Shown here: positions 23,032 to 34,096 of the stretch, in pieces | How the letters are laid out: every line of letters starts with the position of its first letter | Position numbering within the stretch: position 1 is the first letter of the stretch | Origin: Cyanidioschyzon merolae | Lineage: Eukaryota | Length of the DNA stretch: 64,000 nt | Direction: 5' to 3' (one strand) | Assembly: GCA_000091205.1 (NCBI GenBank) | Contig: AP006491.2 | The notes under the pieces: generated by a model | The model's input: only the letters and a program-made list of their open reading frames with translations | What the model was told of the DNA's origin: nothing | The model's database searches: none | Position numbers and translations under genes: made by a program

Positions 23032-23748
23032 TCAATGTGTGTTGTCCTCAGGTTCGGGAAGCAGGTCCTTGCTGATGCCGTCCGGCTTCCTGCGAAAGGA
23101 AGACGAGATCGGTGCTCCATGGTCTCCGCTACCTTGACCCTGGTGGTTTGCACGCGCTCCCTGATTGTGACCCTCACTGGCGCCCGACATGGGGACTGGT
23201 TTATTCAGAATCAGCACGGAACCCTTGAAGGGACTCACAGCAACTTCAAAGTGCGTGCGAACGACGCCTTTCGCGTCCGTCCACTGACGACTCTGAAGTC
23301 TGCCTTCAACGTAAACTTGATAACCCTTGCGACAGGCGTTTTGTATGATCTCTCCCAACTTTGAATCATAGATTGCAATATTATGCCACTGGGTCAACAC
23401 CTGGGAACTTGCGTTTTGACTCGAGGTAAACTCTTTCGTGGCCAGCGGAAACAACGTCACCGTACTTCCGTCTGCTGTGAGTTGTCTCGTGACGGGGTCC
23501 CGACCGACGTGCCCAACGAGCAAAACACGATTAACGCTCGCTACTGAAGCCCGAGCTTGAGCCACACCAGAGTTCATTTGCGTCGCCGACGTTTTGAAGC
23601 GCTCCCGAGCGACTGTCGTGTTGGCGCCTTCATCACCCTCAGCAAAAGGATTTATATACTCCGGACCTGACGTTACAGAGCGCAAGGGTATGCCCCGCAA
23701 CGAAAGTGCAGTTCGCGCCTTCCATAGCGCACGAATCGAGGCCTGCAT
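23032..23748 (-). CDS. Bacterial-type single-stranded DNA-binding protein (organellar SSB) with an N-terminal extension
   Basis: OB-fold SSB signature: 'RVLLVGHVGRDPVTRQLTADGSTVTLFPLATKE...WHNIAIYDSKLGEIIQNACRKGYQVYVEGRLQSRQWTDAKGVVRTHFEV'. This is the RecG-wedge/SSB pattern with W and Y residues at the usual positions. Confidence 0.8.
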   Translation of the reverse strand: MQASIRALWKARTALSLRGIPLRSVTSGPEYINPFAEGDEGANTTVARERFKTSATQMNSGVAQARASVASVNRVLLVGHVGRDPVTRQLTADGSTVTLFPLATKEFTSSQNASSQVLTQWHNIAIYDSKLGEIIQNACRKGYQVYVEGRLQSRQWTDAKGVVRTHFEVAVSPFKGSVLILNKPVPMSGASEGHNQGARANHQGQGSGDHGAPISSSFRRKPDGISKDLLPEPEDNTH

Positions 23749-24523
23749 AAAATAAACCTTAGGTATGCCGCTCGAAACGCAAAGGCGCTGCGGAACAGCA
23801 CATATTGAACGGGAACGATGGCAGCGTTCGCAAGTTCTGTCGCGATATGTATCTAACTACATAGTTCTGATCTGAAATGGCTGCTTTGAAAGACGGCCAA
23901 TCGCGAAACGCCTCAGCTGAGACATCGACCGAATGCTACCGTACAAGTCTGTTTTCTTAGTGATCGCTCCGAAGGGCAGCACTTCCCGAAACAACTCTGC
24001 AGAGACATCGAGCCGAGATCTGCAGATGTTCTCGCAACAAGGTTTTGCCTTGAGGTCATGCACGCAAGGTCGCCGGTTTCAGCGCTCGGCAGTGCACGAG
24101 AGGCTTTGCTCCAGCAATAGAATAGATCAGTCCGAACCCAATGTTTTGGCAAGGATGTGAGCCATGCAACAACGCGCGCGTATCCGGAAAGAGTCTAGCG
24201 GGGGAAGGGGGTTCATAATCGTTCCCCCATTCGACCGAGCGCTCTATACTCGTCCATGGGGAAGGCTCAACTATGCTACACGTCTTGCTATACAGCAGGG
24301 CGCTCGGATAAGCCGTTAGATTCCTCGAAGCTGCATTTAAAAGTTAAGCTTGCTGATTGCGGCGCTTGGGCTCGACATGCGTCGCCTTTGCACGCTCCGG
24401 GCCACCTCAATGAAACAGTTATACTAGACTGGGTGCCTATTTGCGAGGCGTTTGACGCATGGCTCGCGAGATGAACCTACCTGACCACAAATTTATCATC
24501 TATTCAGTACAACGAAAAACGTT

Positions 24524-25110
24524 TCACGACCATGGAGGATAAGCTAACACCCACTCGGTGACGCATCCCAGCTTTTTTTGACCGGCCGCCTGCGATCGAT
24601 TTCCGTTTCTCTTTGTATACTTCGAGCTTGAAAGGCTGCCCACGAAGTTACATCGCGTATGCTTCTTGTGTCTCGTTGTAAGTTTAACACATCGTCTGAT
24701 ATTGATAGCAGCGTTAAAGTCTCCATTCACGAGATCCATGAGTTTACTGCCGCTGGTTGAACTCACCAATGAGAGGATTCCTTCAACTCGTGCCCTCTGT
24801 GCCACTTCTATCTCGTCATCGCTCCTTTGGACAAACAACTTTGCTCGCCTATCTCCGCTCTTCTTCTTCTCCTTCATCATTTGCTCTTCTTCGTTCCATG
24901 GCAGGCAAGAAGAGGATTTTTGCATCGTTTGCCTGCAGCCGGCGTTAACGGCGCTCCAGGATCCTCGGCTTCGGTATCCATAATTTTTCCTTGAATTTTT
25001 TATTTTTGAAAACAACCGCACTTCGAATGCATCTGCTATGAACCGCAAAAAGGCATTTGATGACACGTCCCTTGGGATGGAACCCAACTGGGGTGCAAGA
25101 CCGCACACAC
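24524..25110 (-). repeat. Family-B repeat, truncated diverged copy B0 (3' part of the element ORF only)
   Basis: The minus-strand ORF carries '...DDEIEVAQRARVEGILSLVSS...DFNAAINIRRCVKL...'. The core 'gtctcgttgtaagtttaacacatcgtctgatattgatagcagcgttaaagtctcc...actcgtgccctctgtgccac' is homologous to the cores at 30480-30640, 44090-44230 and 63660-63800. Confidence 0.7.
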
Positions 25111-25342
25111 ACGATCATGGGCTCTCGCACAGCAGCCGCTTTCGTTACGCGAACTGAATAGAGCAGAGAGGTCTTCACAGGTGATGACGCGCAGACGCGC
25201 ATCTGTACACATATGGACAATACGGTCTACGCCAGTGTTACTGCTAATACCGATTCGGTTAGCGCCTTGACTGAAACATTCTCAACGAGATAGATCTGCA
25301 GGGTGGTGCTGCGGCGGCCTCAAGGCGCTGCCTTACCTCTAC

Positions 25343-27325
25343 TTGATGCTGGTCCCTTTGACTAAGTCGGTATGTTTCGTCAGCAGCTGCAATAAAGCTG
25401 GTTCCCTGCTGGTCAGTGAATCCCGCAAAGGCACTTGTGTGAGAAAGCGGCAGCACGCAGCAAACTCGGGTTTTACGCAGCGAAGGAACTGCCTTCAGCT
25501 CTGTCTCAGTTGGCAGGATGAGTTGCTTCGGAGTTGTCTGAACGCACTTTCTTGGCTGCGAGGGCAAAAGGATGCCGAGCGGAACGCTGCAACTTGGGCA
25601 CGCCCGGCGTTCGCTGAAGGCTGGTTCGCCACCAACGTGTTCCAGGTGCGCCAGAGCCAGACGGATCCTGAAGTTGCCTCTTTCCTCTGGTCGAGCAAGG
25701 GGCTTGCTGATGAATATGCGAGTGTTGTCGGCACTGCGCCCGTTTCCAAGGACGGGCGATACTTTATCGTCAGACTAGACGTTAGTGGTGAGTGCTTCCG
25801 AAGCCACGTCCTTCCAGGCCAGTTTATTCAGATAGAGAGCCCTGTGGATACCGGCCGGCGGTTTCTAGCGACGATAGCATCACCTCCACGAAACGCTGCT
25901 GGTCAGTTTGAGATTCTGCTCGACAGAGATAAGCTCGCTGGGCGCTGGTTCCGAACCCGTATGGAGGCACCACGAACGGGCGACAAAGTTCGGATCTCGA
26001 AAGCACTTGGGCGCGGCATTGCGCTGCCTCACGGCCCGATACCTGCGGAGCTTTTCCTTTTCGCTGACCATTTTCATGGCTTTGCAGCAGCAAACTCGCT
26101 TTTCGAATGGGATGACTGGCGTCGTTGCAGCGGTGAAGGGACAGTCCGCAAGTGTCAAGTTCGAGCCGTGTTCTTCGTAGATCGTTTGGAGAATGTGCCA
26201 TTCAGTTTCCGTTTTCCATTATGGATCGCATACGGCATTCAGATGTGCTTGCAGCAGCGGGACGCGGACTTAGAGGATTTAGTTCAAAAGCGGATACTAG
26301 ATGTCGGTAAGCCGGAGAGCACAGCAGCTCTGATTTGTGTCGGAAATAGTGCATTTGAGCGACAAATTCATACGCTTCTTCGTGGGCGAGGGCTCAGAGA
26401 GTCTGCCATTGCCGAAATCACCCAACGCACGATGATGGCGGATATGTCTCTGCTGAACCAGACGCAGATCAGGAACGTTGGCGCATCGAATATCGCTACC
26501 GCTAACGAGAGTGCTGATCGGTACGATGCGAGGTTCTCGAGCCGCCCCCACGCTCCAGGAGAGTATGCGGCGACCCCGCATGCGTGGCAAGTCCGGGTAT
26601 GGGGCGCAGCTACACAACCCCAGAGTCAGTCGCAAACATTTCGTATATGGTCTCGCCCCGAAGATCTCAACCCCGCTTCTGGTGGTGACGATGATCACAA
26701 CGCGGTAGCGTCGACGTCATCAAACTCTGCGAGGCACTTTGACGGAGTCGAGCATAACGGAGCGGCTGTTGAAGATGAAGTAACTGATGGTTATTACGAA
26801 GAAGAAGAGAATGATGATGATGATGATGAATGGGAGCGATGGTTCGCTGCGAATACCGAGTCCTGGTCTGTCCGTTTCGACGACGATATCTGGAATAGCT
26901 ATTGGAAAAGTTGGGAGCAGGAGCAAGCTCGTTGGACTGCTGCCGGCGGTGACTGGACAGAGTATGCTCAGGACAGCTGGCGTGGCAACGCTAATAGTTA
27001 TCAATCTAATACGAATCGAAGGGATGATTGGGGCCGCGGTGCATATGGCGGGAACGATGGAAACACCAGGGGTCATCAAGGCGGGAGCGATCGCGGGTTT
27101 GCAGCGACCTTTGGCAGCATGGATCTGTATGCTGTTCTGGGGGTCTCCAGAACAGCCTCACATGCGGAAATCAAGAAGGCTTATCGCAAACTAGCCAGAG
27201 AATGGCATCCGGATATGCACAGGAACGAGAACGAGGAGGCCAAGCGACGAATGCAGCGCATTGTATTCGCCTACTCAGTCTTGCGTGATGAGTCGAGCCG
27301 TCGTCGCTATGATCTCGGCATATAG
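25343..27325 (+). CDS. Fusion protein: FNR-like FAD/NAD(P)-binding oxidoreductase domain, an acidic Trp-rich linker, and a C-terminal DnaJ (J) domain
   Basis: Ferredoxin-NADP reductase-family motifs 'PGQFIQIESP', 'RRFLATIASPP' (RxYS-type FAD-binding) and 'GQFEILL'. The linker is acidic and Trp-rich: 'EEEENDDDDDEWERWFAANTESWSVRFDDDIWNSYWKSWEQEQARWTAAGGDWTEY'. The C-terminus is a canonical J-domain, 'DLYAVLGVSRTASHAEIKKAYRKLAREWHPDMHRNENEEAKRRMQRIVFAYSVLRDESSRRRYD', including the HPD tripeptide. Confidence 0.75.
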   Translation: MMLVPLTKSVCFVSSCNKAGSLLVSESRKGTCVRKRQHAANSGFTQRRNCLQLCLSWQDELLRSCLNALSWLRGQKDAERNAATWARPAFAEGWFATNVFQVRQSQTDPEVASFLWSSKGLADEYASVVGTAPVSKDGRYFIVRLDVSGECFRSHVLPGQFIQIESPVDTGRRFLATIASPPRNAAGQFEILLDRDKLAGRWFRTRMEAPRTGDKVRISKALGRGIALPHGPIPAELFLFADHFHGFAAANSLFEWDDWRRCSGEGTVRKCQVRAVFFVDRLENVPFSFRFPLWIAYGIQMCLQQRDADLEDLVQKRILDVGKPESTAALICVGNSAFERQIHTLLRGRGLRESAIAEITQRTMMADMSLLNQTQIRNVGASNIATANESADRYDARFSSRPHAPGEYAATPHAWQVRVWGAATQPQSQSQTFRIWSRPEDLNPASGGDDDHNAVASTSSNSARHFDGVEHNGAAVEDEVTDGYYEEEENDDDDDEWERWFAANTESWSVRFDDDIWNSYWKSWEQEQARWTAAGGDWTEYAQDSWRGNANSYQSNTNRRDDWGRGAYGGNDGNTRGHQGGSDRGFAATFGSMDLYAVLGVSRTASHAEIKKAYRKLAREWHPDMHRNENEEAKRRMQRIVFAYSVLRDESSRRRYDLGI

Positions 27326-27329
27326 TCGG

Positions 27330-29320
27330 TAATTTTCGGTAGAGTTTTAAAGGGTTCCGGGAGTATGGTATATTTATACTCAGTGATATCAAATAATATA
27401 CCACCATTCTCGTTCCCCAGTTGCACAGGGGAAACGTTCTCATTGTATCTAAATATAGACGCCGCACCAGCCATTCGAGAATGCTGCCTGGATGATACCA
27501 GTGCCTTGCTTCCGTCGAGAGTCCAATGTCCTCACTCCTGGACACTGATTTTCTCAATCGAAACGCCTCAGACATTCAGCACAATGTTCAAACAAGTGCT
27601 AACCGTTTCCACGGAAGCTTCACTCGAAACAGACCCGCTACGCGCCCCCGAAGCACGAGACAGTTCCGGATGTCGATCGAGGCGTTCAAGGGTCGCCGCA
27701 GAAAGTGCTTGCGCCCGTGACTGCTTTCAGAAGCACTCCGTAGAAAGCACCTCGCTTTCGATTGCCTCCTCATCTGACATTCGATGAACGTACCGTTCAC
27801 CATCTCGTGCATGCGGCTCTGGTTCACGCTCTTCTTCTCTCTCGGTTTCAGCGTGCATCCGTGCCCCTGGTGCGTGGACAACGTGCTCGGCTCATCGATG
27901 GGCATCTCGGGGCATCCATGCCTGCTCTCGGTGTATGCTCTAGTAGATAGATCGCACAAGGCGCAACAAGGACAGACACCACGTTCCGACCATCTTTTAG
28001 ATACGTCGTCCGTCGCTGCGAGGTCGAGACCAACGCCACGAGCTCCGACGATCCGAGGCGCCTCTCGTACTCGTTGCGGCACCTCTTCCACACTCGCTAC
28101 CAGTTCGATGTCCTCCGCGGCTGCCAGGTCGGCGCTGGCCTCCATCGACGTCCGCAGGCCTCCTACACACCAGTCCCTATTGTTTGGGGCCGGTGAACGG
28201 AGGGAACAACAGGCATGAAGCTCGCAGGACGCGCCTCATGAAGCGCTCGACGGCGCTATGTAGGTGGCCTTGGTTTATGAGGGCGGTTGGAAACTTTCCG
28301 GCACCTGAGCTGGAGATTTCTGTGGACCGCCGCCGAGCCGGTGGCCGCAGTCTCGGCACCAAGAGCGTCGGGCACCAGTGCGTGTCGAGGACAAGTCGAG
28401 AGATCGAAACGAGCATTTGCTTCCCTGAACCCGTTCCTCACTGCTGCGGAGACATTCTCAATCGAGTTGCAGCATACGAAACAAGTTGGGTGTATACGAC
28501 GACCTGTTTAAACTCTCTGCTGTGTTCCGAACAGAAGCGGATATGCTGATTGCGATCTGGTCCGTGATGGAACAAGCACTGAACGGAAGATCCAGGCGGG
28601 AGAGCAAGCCGAGACACTTTGACAAGCGAACGGTCTCTTTGTGCGAAATGGTGACGCACCCTCCATCGGAGGCGATCGATGCGAGGACTGAATTCCGAGT
28701 CCAAGGGCCCCCTTCCTTACAAACTGAAGAGACGGGAGCGCCCGGAAGCGCATCCCGTGAGCGATGTCGTGCTGCTGCTGTCGAGTGTCGACGCGTCGAT
28801 AGCCACCAAGAGGGAGGGGTGGATCGTACGAACGGAGTGGGTTCTAGTTTGACCTGACGACTTCGTTGAAGTTTCGGAGGGTGCTTGAGAGCAAGTCGTC
28901 ACGGGTCGATGTCGAGCTTTTCTTCTTGTGAGTGTTGCTGCGCGAGGTGCAGCGCACACGAGCTGCGCTCATGTAGAAAGATCGATAATTTGTAGAATGG
29001 GTGATTTGAGCCTGCTACGCGTCAGAAAAGGAGAAGAGCAGAGGCTTGTACACATGAGTTGGATGATGGCATCGGTTGTTTTACGGACCGCTGTTCAGCG
29101 CGGTCTTGGATGGTCTTGATTCGAATGGCGATCACAAATCCCAGCGGCAAAGCGTCGAGGGATCATACCCCGAAGAGTTGCAAAAGATTCTTAAATTACT
29201 CATGAATCCGCAAACCCATATTCCTGCGCTTCGAATTTCGAGGTTACACATCTAGACAAAAGCGCGGCAAAAGGATGGAAGAGCAGGAACACAGCGAGCA
29301 CCTCCGTCCTCCAAATTGAA
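27330..29320 (-). repeat. Family-A interspersed repeat, copy A3 (inverted relative to A1 and A2)
   Basis: Reverse complement of copies A1 and A2, with the same ORF set on the opposite strands. Its terminus 'tatactcagtgatatcaaataatataccaccattctcgttcc' is shared with the copy at 37960. Beyond 29176 it continues with a diverged block homologous to 36720-36870. Confidence 0.85.
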
Positions 29321-29467
29321 CTGGCACGAGTTCAGCGCTCAGGCGTACACCCACATCTCGACCGCGGCATTTAGAGATTACCATCCATAAGCGCCCTGCT
29401 CTGCCGTACATGATTTGTATTCTGGCTGGGTTCGCATATCAACGGCTCGACCTTAGTATCATCAAGC

Positions 29468-30259
29468 TCAGCTAGAGACCCCCTCGGCTTCCGAGCCCGC
29501 CCATAAGTTTTCCAGTTGATAACGCTCCCGCCCATCAGGTGTCATTATGTGGATCACAAAGCGACCAAGGTCGAGCAGCATCCAGTCATCCGAATCACGG
29601 CCTTCGATGAAGGGTTCCGCACCCTCTACAAAAACCCCTCGTTCGCGCAGACGCTTTTGCATCGTGTCCGCCAAGTGTCGAACATGATTCAACGTCATTC
29701 CAGTCGCAACGATGAAATTATCCACGAATGTCGCTTTGTCAGATATGTCGAGAACAACTACATTGGAAGCGCTCTCCTTTTCGAGCCACATGGCAACCTC
29801 CGCGACAGACGGGACGTCTCCGCAGACTTCCAGAGGCCGCAACTCTGTTGTTTGTGATTCAGCCTGCTTCTCTGGCTCATTTGGTGCAGACGCAGACACT
29901 TTAGAGGTCGTAGAAAAGGCTATTGAGCAATGCGACGCAAACCAAGATGCACAGAGACACTGTCTGGCAGTAGACTCGGCAAGACTATTTACCCGTTGTC
30001 GCTCGACGCCTCGGGTTCTGTAAACATTTCTGTGATAGCCTCTGTCCGGTCGAATGCTGTCCTGCCCTTTGTGGTGGTTACCGTGCGGCAGAATAGAACT
30101 TACAGCTACTCGGACGCGGAGAGGCACTCGATGGGGTAACCCAACGGGCAACCAAACGAGTCCAAGGTTATTTCGACTTTGCGAAATAAAGCAGCGACTC
30201 ACTCTGCTTAAGAGCATACTGAGACATGAAGGCAGCGAGATCCTCGATCTATGTGTCAA
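29468..30259 (-). CDS. Ribosomal silencing factor RsfS / Iojap-like protein (organellar) with a long N-terminal extension
   Basis: C-terminal 'VVVLDISDKATFVDNFIVATGMTLNHVRHLADTMQKRLRERGVFVEGAEPFIEGRDSDDWMLLDLGRFVIHIMTPDGRERYQLENLWAG' matches the RsfS/DUF143 consensus 'D.FVIa.G.S.rq..Ai.d.v......g....EG.....W.L.D.G..VVH.f....R..Y.LE.LW'. Confidence 0.8.
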   Translation of the reverse strand: MTHRSRISLPSCLSMLLSRVSRCFISQSRNNLGLVWLPVGLPHRVPLRVRVAVSSILPHGNHHKGQDSIRPDRGYHRNVYRTRGVERQRVNSLAESTARQCLCASWFASHCSIAFSTTSKVSASAPNEPEKQAESQTTELRPLEVCGDVPSVAEVAMWLEKESASNVVVLDISDKATFVDNFIVATGMTLNHVRHLADTMQKRLRERGVFVEGAEPFIEGRDSDDWMLLDLGRFVIHIMTPDGRERYQLENLWAGSEAEGVSS

Positions 30260-30294
30260 GAAGACTGCTCACGTACGATAAGCCAACGACGCTG

Positions 30295-31850
30295 CTAATA
30301 TTTCTTGCGCAAGGTTGTGCAGGAACAAGACGTAAAAGATTGATCAACGATTCGCTGCCATGGAGCGTAAATATACGCCCACATGCAGACGCCTCCCAGC
30401 CTTTTCGACCGGCCCGCTGGTATCGGTTTCAGCTTCTCCCTGTATACTTCGACCCCGGGAGTTTGCCCCACGAAGTTAGATCGCGTCAGCTGCTTGGGTC
30501 TCGTTTTCAGCACAACATATCGTGTAATATTGGCAGCAGCGTTGAAGTTTCCGGCCACGAACTGCATGCGTTTTTTTGTCGCTTGTTGAACGCATCATTC
30601 CAAGGATTCCTAGCACTCGTGCCCTCTGTGCCACTAAAGTCTCGTTCTCGCGTCGTTGGCCAAACACCATTTCTCACCAGTTGCCCCTCTTCTTCTTCAC
30701 TCTCTCTTCTTTGCTCCATGGTTAGCGATAAGAGGATTTTTCAGTTTTTTCCCGGCACCTTACGATGGCGGCCATCCAGGATCCCCGACTTTCGTATCCA
30801 TGACTTTCCCTTAGATTTTTTATGTTTGGAAATGAACGCACTTTTTCACCCTTAGATGAGGACCTTCCCCGGGAGAGAAGGACCTGTTGTAGGACGACGA
30901 AATATGCCCGGGAGTGTCACCGTGTGCTGAACGCTTCAGCGAGCCACCCAATGGAGCCGTCATTACGTTTCAGGATAGAAACACGCTTTAGATAAGGTTG
31001 AAATGCGTAGAGCACGGAGGAAGGAAAAGCAGCTCTATCATGGTAAAATCCGCAAAAGGTCGCACGCAGGGGGGACTGGTGAAGTGCCATGTTGTCCAGT
31101 AGAAGGACTTTGCTAGGCTTCAGGGGAACGTCTTCAATGGTTGGAAAAACTGGGTTCCATTTTATGAGCCTTTTTGATGAGCGACACTGAGGCCGCCAAA
31201 TATATCCGCTGCAGCAAATACGGATGATGTCCTCATTCTCTTCGAGTCCTATCGTACATTCAACGGGCGCCCTGCTCAGCAAATACCCAAGTGCGCTCCG
31301 GCCGTTTCGTCCAGCGGAAATCTCATCGACTCAAAACAAATCCGGCTTGCCTGTGCTTTTTGTGGATAGCGAAGTTCCAGAAATTCCGTAGTTCCGATTT
31401 CGGTGGAAGGTGACCGTGCGTGAAACGGGACTCTTTTTTCGCGACTGTAACCCAGTGTATTCAGGATCAAACGAAAAAGCAGTTGAGAAACAGAGATCCA
31501 CGTAGGGACTACCATTGTCGATTTTGCTCTCTATATGATGATAAACGGGTGGTTTTCCATCATTGATCGCAAGGATTCTTTGACGGTACCAGTTTTCTGA
31601 TGCGGAGCGCCGGTACTTGTGTTCCTTTAATCTTCCTCAAACATCTGCGTACTGTGGCATGACTGACCCGAATAAGGAATGCAGTCCTCCTTGCACTGTG
31701 CAGTTAAAAACACATATCCTACTAGCAACCCGTCTACGATCTATACGGTACATTGCGAAGTGATTTCGATCTTTTACTTTAGACCGAGGCGGGGAGTTGG
31801 AATAGAATTGAGTTGAAAGTCTACAGCAAGTTAATGCGCGGCGATCATAC
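30295..31850 (-). repeat. Family-B repeat, full-length diverged copy B1 (about 1.55 kb)
   Basis: Homologous along its whole length to 43925-45465, at roughly 65-75% identity. The minus-strand ORF fragments carry 'VAQRARVLGILGMM', 'NFNAAANITRYVVLKTRPKQLTRSNF' and '...ATFCGFYHDRAAFPSSVLYAFQPYLKRV', matching B2 'AAFHSSVLYLIQPHQKNV'. Confidence 0.75.
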
Positions 31851-32407
31851 GTACGGAGAGCTTCGCACTCACTGCTTCGGTGGCTTGGAGTGGTCTGCAT
31901 TGCTCTTCGGGAGTTTGTCTTGACGACCTATTTTTGCTGCTTTTGTGTCGTTGCGAGATACCCAGAGGATCCAGTCTGATAGGTCGCTGTGATTTTTGTA
32001 CTTCTCCATCGTTACAGGGTTCTTGAAGGCTCGCTCAACTTGGAGCTAGGTCCTTTTGCCCTGGTTTCAGAGCTTTCGCACACAAAGAGGTTATCAACAA
32101 AAGGGTGCACTGGGTTTCTAAGGTTCTTTAAGGGAGATCTTGTTAAGGTTGCCTGCACTCCTTTAGTACGCTGAACGCGCTGGCTTCAAGCTGCAGAGTT
32201 TTGGGTGTGGATTCTACGTCAGTCATCGGCACGCCGTCTAGGCTCTGCGGTCGAGAGCTCCCAACCACTCCTCGACAGAGGCCGCTCGCGCTCACAAGTT
32301 GCTACGAAGCGTCGTCCGCGCAGCACGGTAGAGCATACCTGTGAGCGCGATTTTTCAGTTTCAGAGCCCGACATACTCGGAAAGCTTCGTTCCGTGGCAG
32401 CATATAT

Positions 32408-34096
32408 TTGGGTACTGAAAACAAGGATCGGCTGCCTTCCCAGATGAATGCGCTGTCTGCCCAAGCCTCTGTGCTCGTAACAAGAGCAGCACTTGTGCAC
32501 AAGAACACGGTCGCTCAAGCTGAAATTTTCGGGAGAGCATACCTCTCACTGCCTCGGATCTTTTCCCGGGCGGTGGCGAAAGCCGTTGAACTCCATATCG
32601 CCTCCGAGCAAGAAATGCGTTTTCTTTTACTGCTTCTTCTCGCATATGTTTTCGCATTTGTGTATCGGTGTCTGCCATCGGCTAGATGGCGCCACCTGCT
32701 ATCGGTCTACGGTGGAGCGCTTCTGGGTCAGAATTTTTGCGGTGCAACGGGTTGGCTCTATCCACTGACGGCAGCGCTCGTCAGTTTTCAGCTAATGCAC
32801 TTGATGGGACCATCCCGAGCAGCCCCGATCGTCTTCGCGTTCAATCTCATATTCCTATTCTCTCTCCATCTTCATCGACAACTGACGGATCCTTTTGGAT
32901 GGCACCTCGATGCAACATTCATGCAAATGATCGTGACCCAAAAGCTGTCCTCCCTGGCCTGGAGTGTTTCGGACGGTTCACCCAAGTCACTCTCGACGGG
33001 CTTGTCCCGTGCCAGGGCAGAATTTGCGGTGCGGGAGATTCCGCTCTTGTTAGAAACGCTAGCTTACGCCTTCTTTCCGCCCTGTTTTCTAATGGGACCA
33101 GCCTTCGAGTACATGGACTGGTATCGCAATGCGCACGATTTGGCGCCAGCACTTCAGCTCAACAATGCAGGCAGCAATGAATCTGGTGCCCAAGTGCCAG
33201 AGATGCGGCGCCCGAATATACTTGAGCTGTCTGTTGCTTCTCTCGCCCGTTTCCTTCAGGCGGCGCTGTTACTGCTTTGTTTCCAACTCGCGAATATGAA
33301 ATTACCGAGTGATCTTCTTGCTGACCAGAACTGGCTTCTCCGAAACCGTGCCGAAGGATTATGGCGGTTGTACCTGCGAATCTGGCTCTCTCTGCTGGGA
33401 CTCCGTTGCAAGTACTACTTTGGATTCAAAATATCCGAGGGTGCTGCAATCTTGTCTGGAATTGGTTTCAGTGGTTACGTGGACTCGGTGGAGCCGAACT
33501 CTGGTGATCCTGGGACTCGTCCACCGGCTATAGTAAGAACCCGAAAACCGCGACCCCGCTTCGATCGAGTCCGCACCATTGATATCCTGGCATTCGAGCT
33601 GGCTGGTAGTCTGAAAGACGCAGCGGCAGCGTGGAACAAGCCCACAAACACCTGGCTGAGACGTTGTGTTTATGAGCGCTTACCTCGCAAATATCAGCTC
33701 GATCTTTACGGGACTTACGTTGTATCGGCGATCTGGCATGGCATAGCTCCAGGTTATTATATGTTTTTTGTTACAAGTGCATTCTTGACAAGCCTTGAGC
33801 GGGAATGGCGGCGATTGTTCCGAAGCCTCGGCTTGGCTCAAAAGCTTCAGAGAAATCGCCTTTCTGCCGCAGTGGTACGAGTCATCACCTTGGTATGGAC
33901 GAGCGCAACGCTGAACTATTTCATTATATCATTCGTGATGCTTACTCGAGATCGCACCTTGCGCGTTTGGTCAGCGCTCTCATACTGGGGCCACAAAATG
34001 CTTCTGCTGGATCTGCTTGTTTTATTGGTGGCGCGGATCCTTGTCTCTTGCCTGGGCGCAAGCGCTCGAAAAGAAAGATCACAGTTGCGTGCATGA
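32408..34096 (+). CDS. MBOAT-family membrane-bound O-acyltransferase (lysophospholipid acyltransferase, LPLAT/ALE1-like)
   Basis: Multi-pass hydrophobic 562-aa protein. It carries the MBOAT catalytic His motif 'VVSAIWHGIAPGYYMFFVTSAF', in which the invariant His lies in 'WHG..PGYY', and a conserved Asn/Asp region upstream. Confidence 0.85.
   Translation: MGTENKDRLPSQMNALSAQASVLVTRAALVHKNTVAQAEIFGRAYLSLPRIFSRAVAKAVELHIASEQEMRFLLLLLLAYVFAFVYRCLPSARWRHLLSVYGGALLGQNFCGATGWLYPLTAALVSFQLMHLMGPSRAAPIVFAFNLIFLFSLHLHRQLTDPFGWHLDATFMQMIVTQKLSSLAWSVSDGSPKSLSTGLSRARAEFAVREIPLLLETLAYAFFPPCFLMGPAFEYMDWYRNAHDLAPALQLNNAGSNESGAQVPEMRRPNILELSVASLARFLQAALLLLCFQLANMKLPSDLLADQNWLLRNRAEGLWRLYLRIWLSLLGLRCKYYFGFKISEGAAILSGIGFSGYVDSVEPNSGDPGTRPPAIVRTRKPRPRFDRVRTIDILAFELAGSLKDAAAAWNKPTNTWLRRCVYERLPRKYQLDLYGTYVVSAIWHGIAPGYYMFFVTSAFLTSLEREWRRLFRSLGLAQKLQRNRLSAAVVRVITLVWTSATLNYFIISFVMLTRDRTLRVWSALSYWGHKMLLLDLLVLLVARILVSCLGASARKERSQLRA

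Noticed and set aside
24170-24230. Possible tRNA-like hairpin 'gggggaagggggttcataatcgttcccccattc'
   Set aside because: The G5/C5 stem encloses a 12-nt loop rather than a 7-nt T-loop, and no acceptor or anticodon arms can be built around it. A tRNA scan of the whole window would be needed and was not possible by eye.
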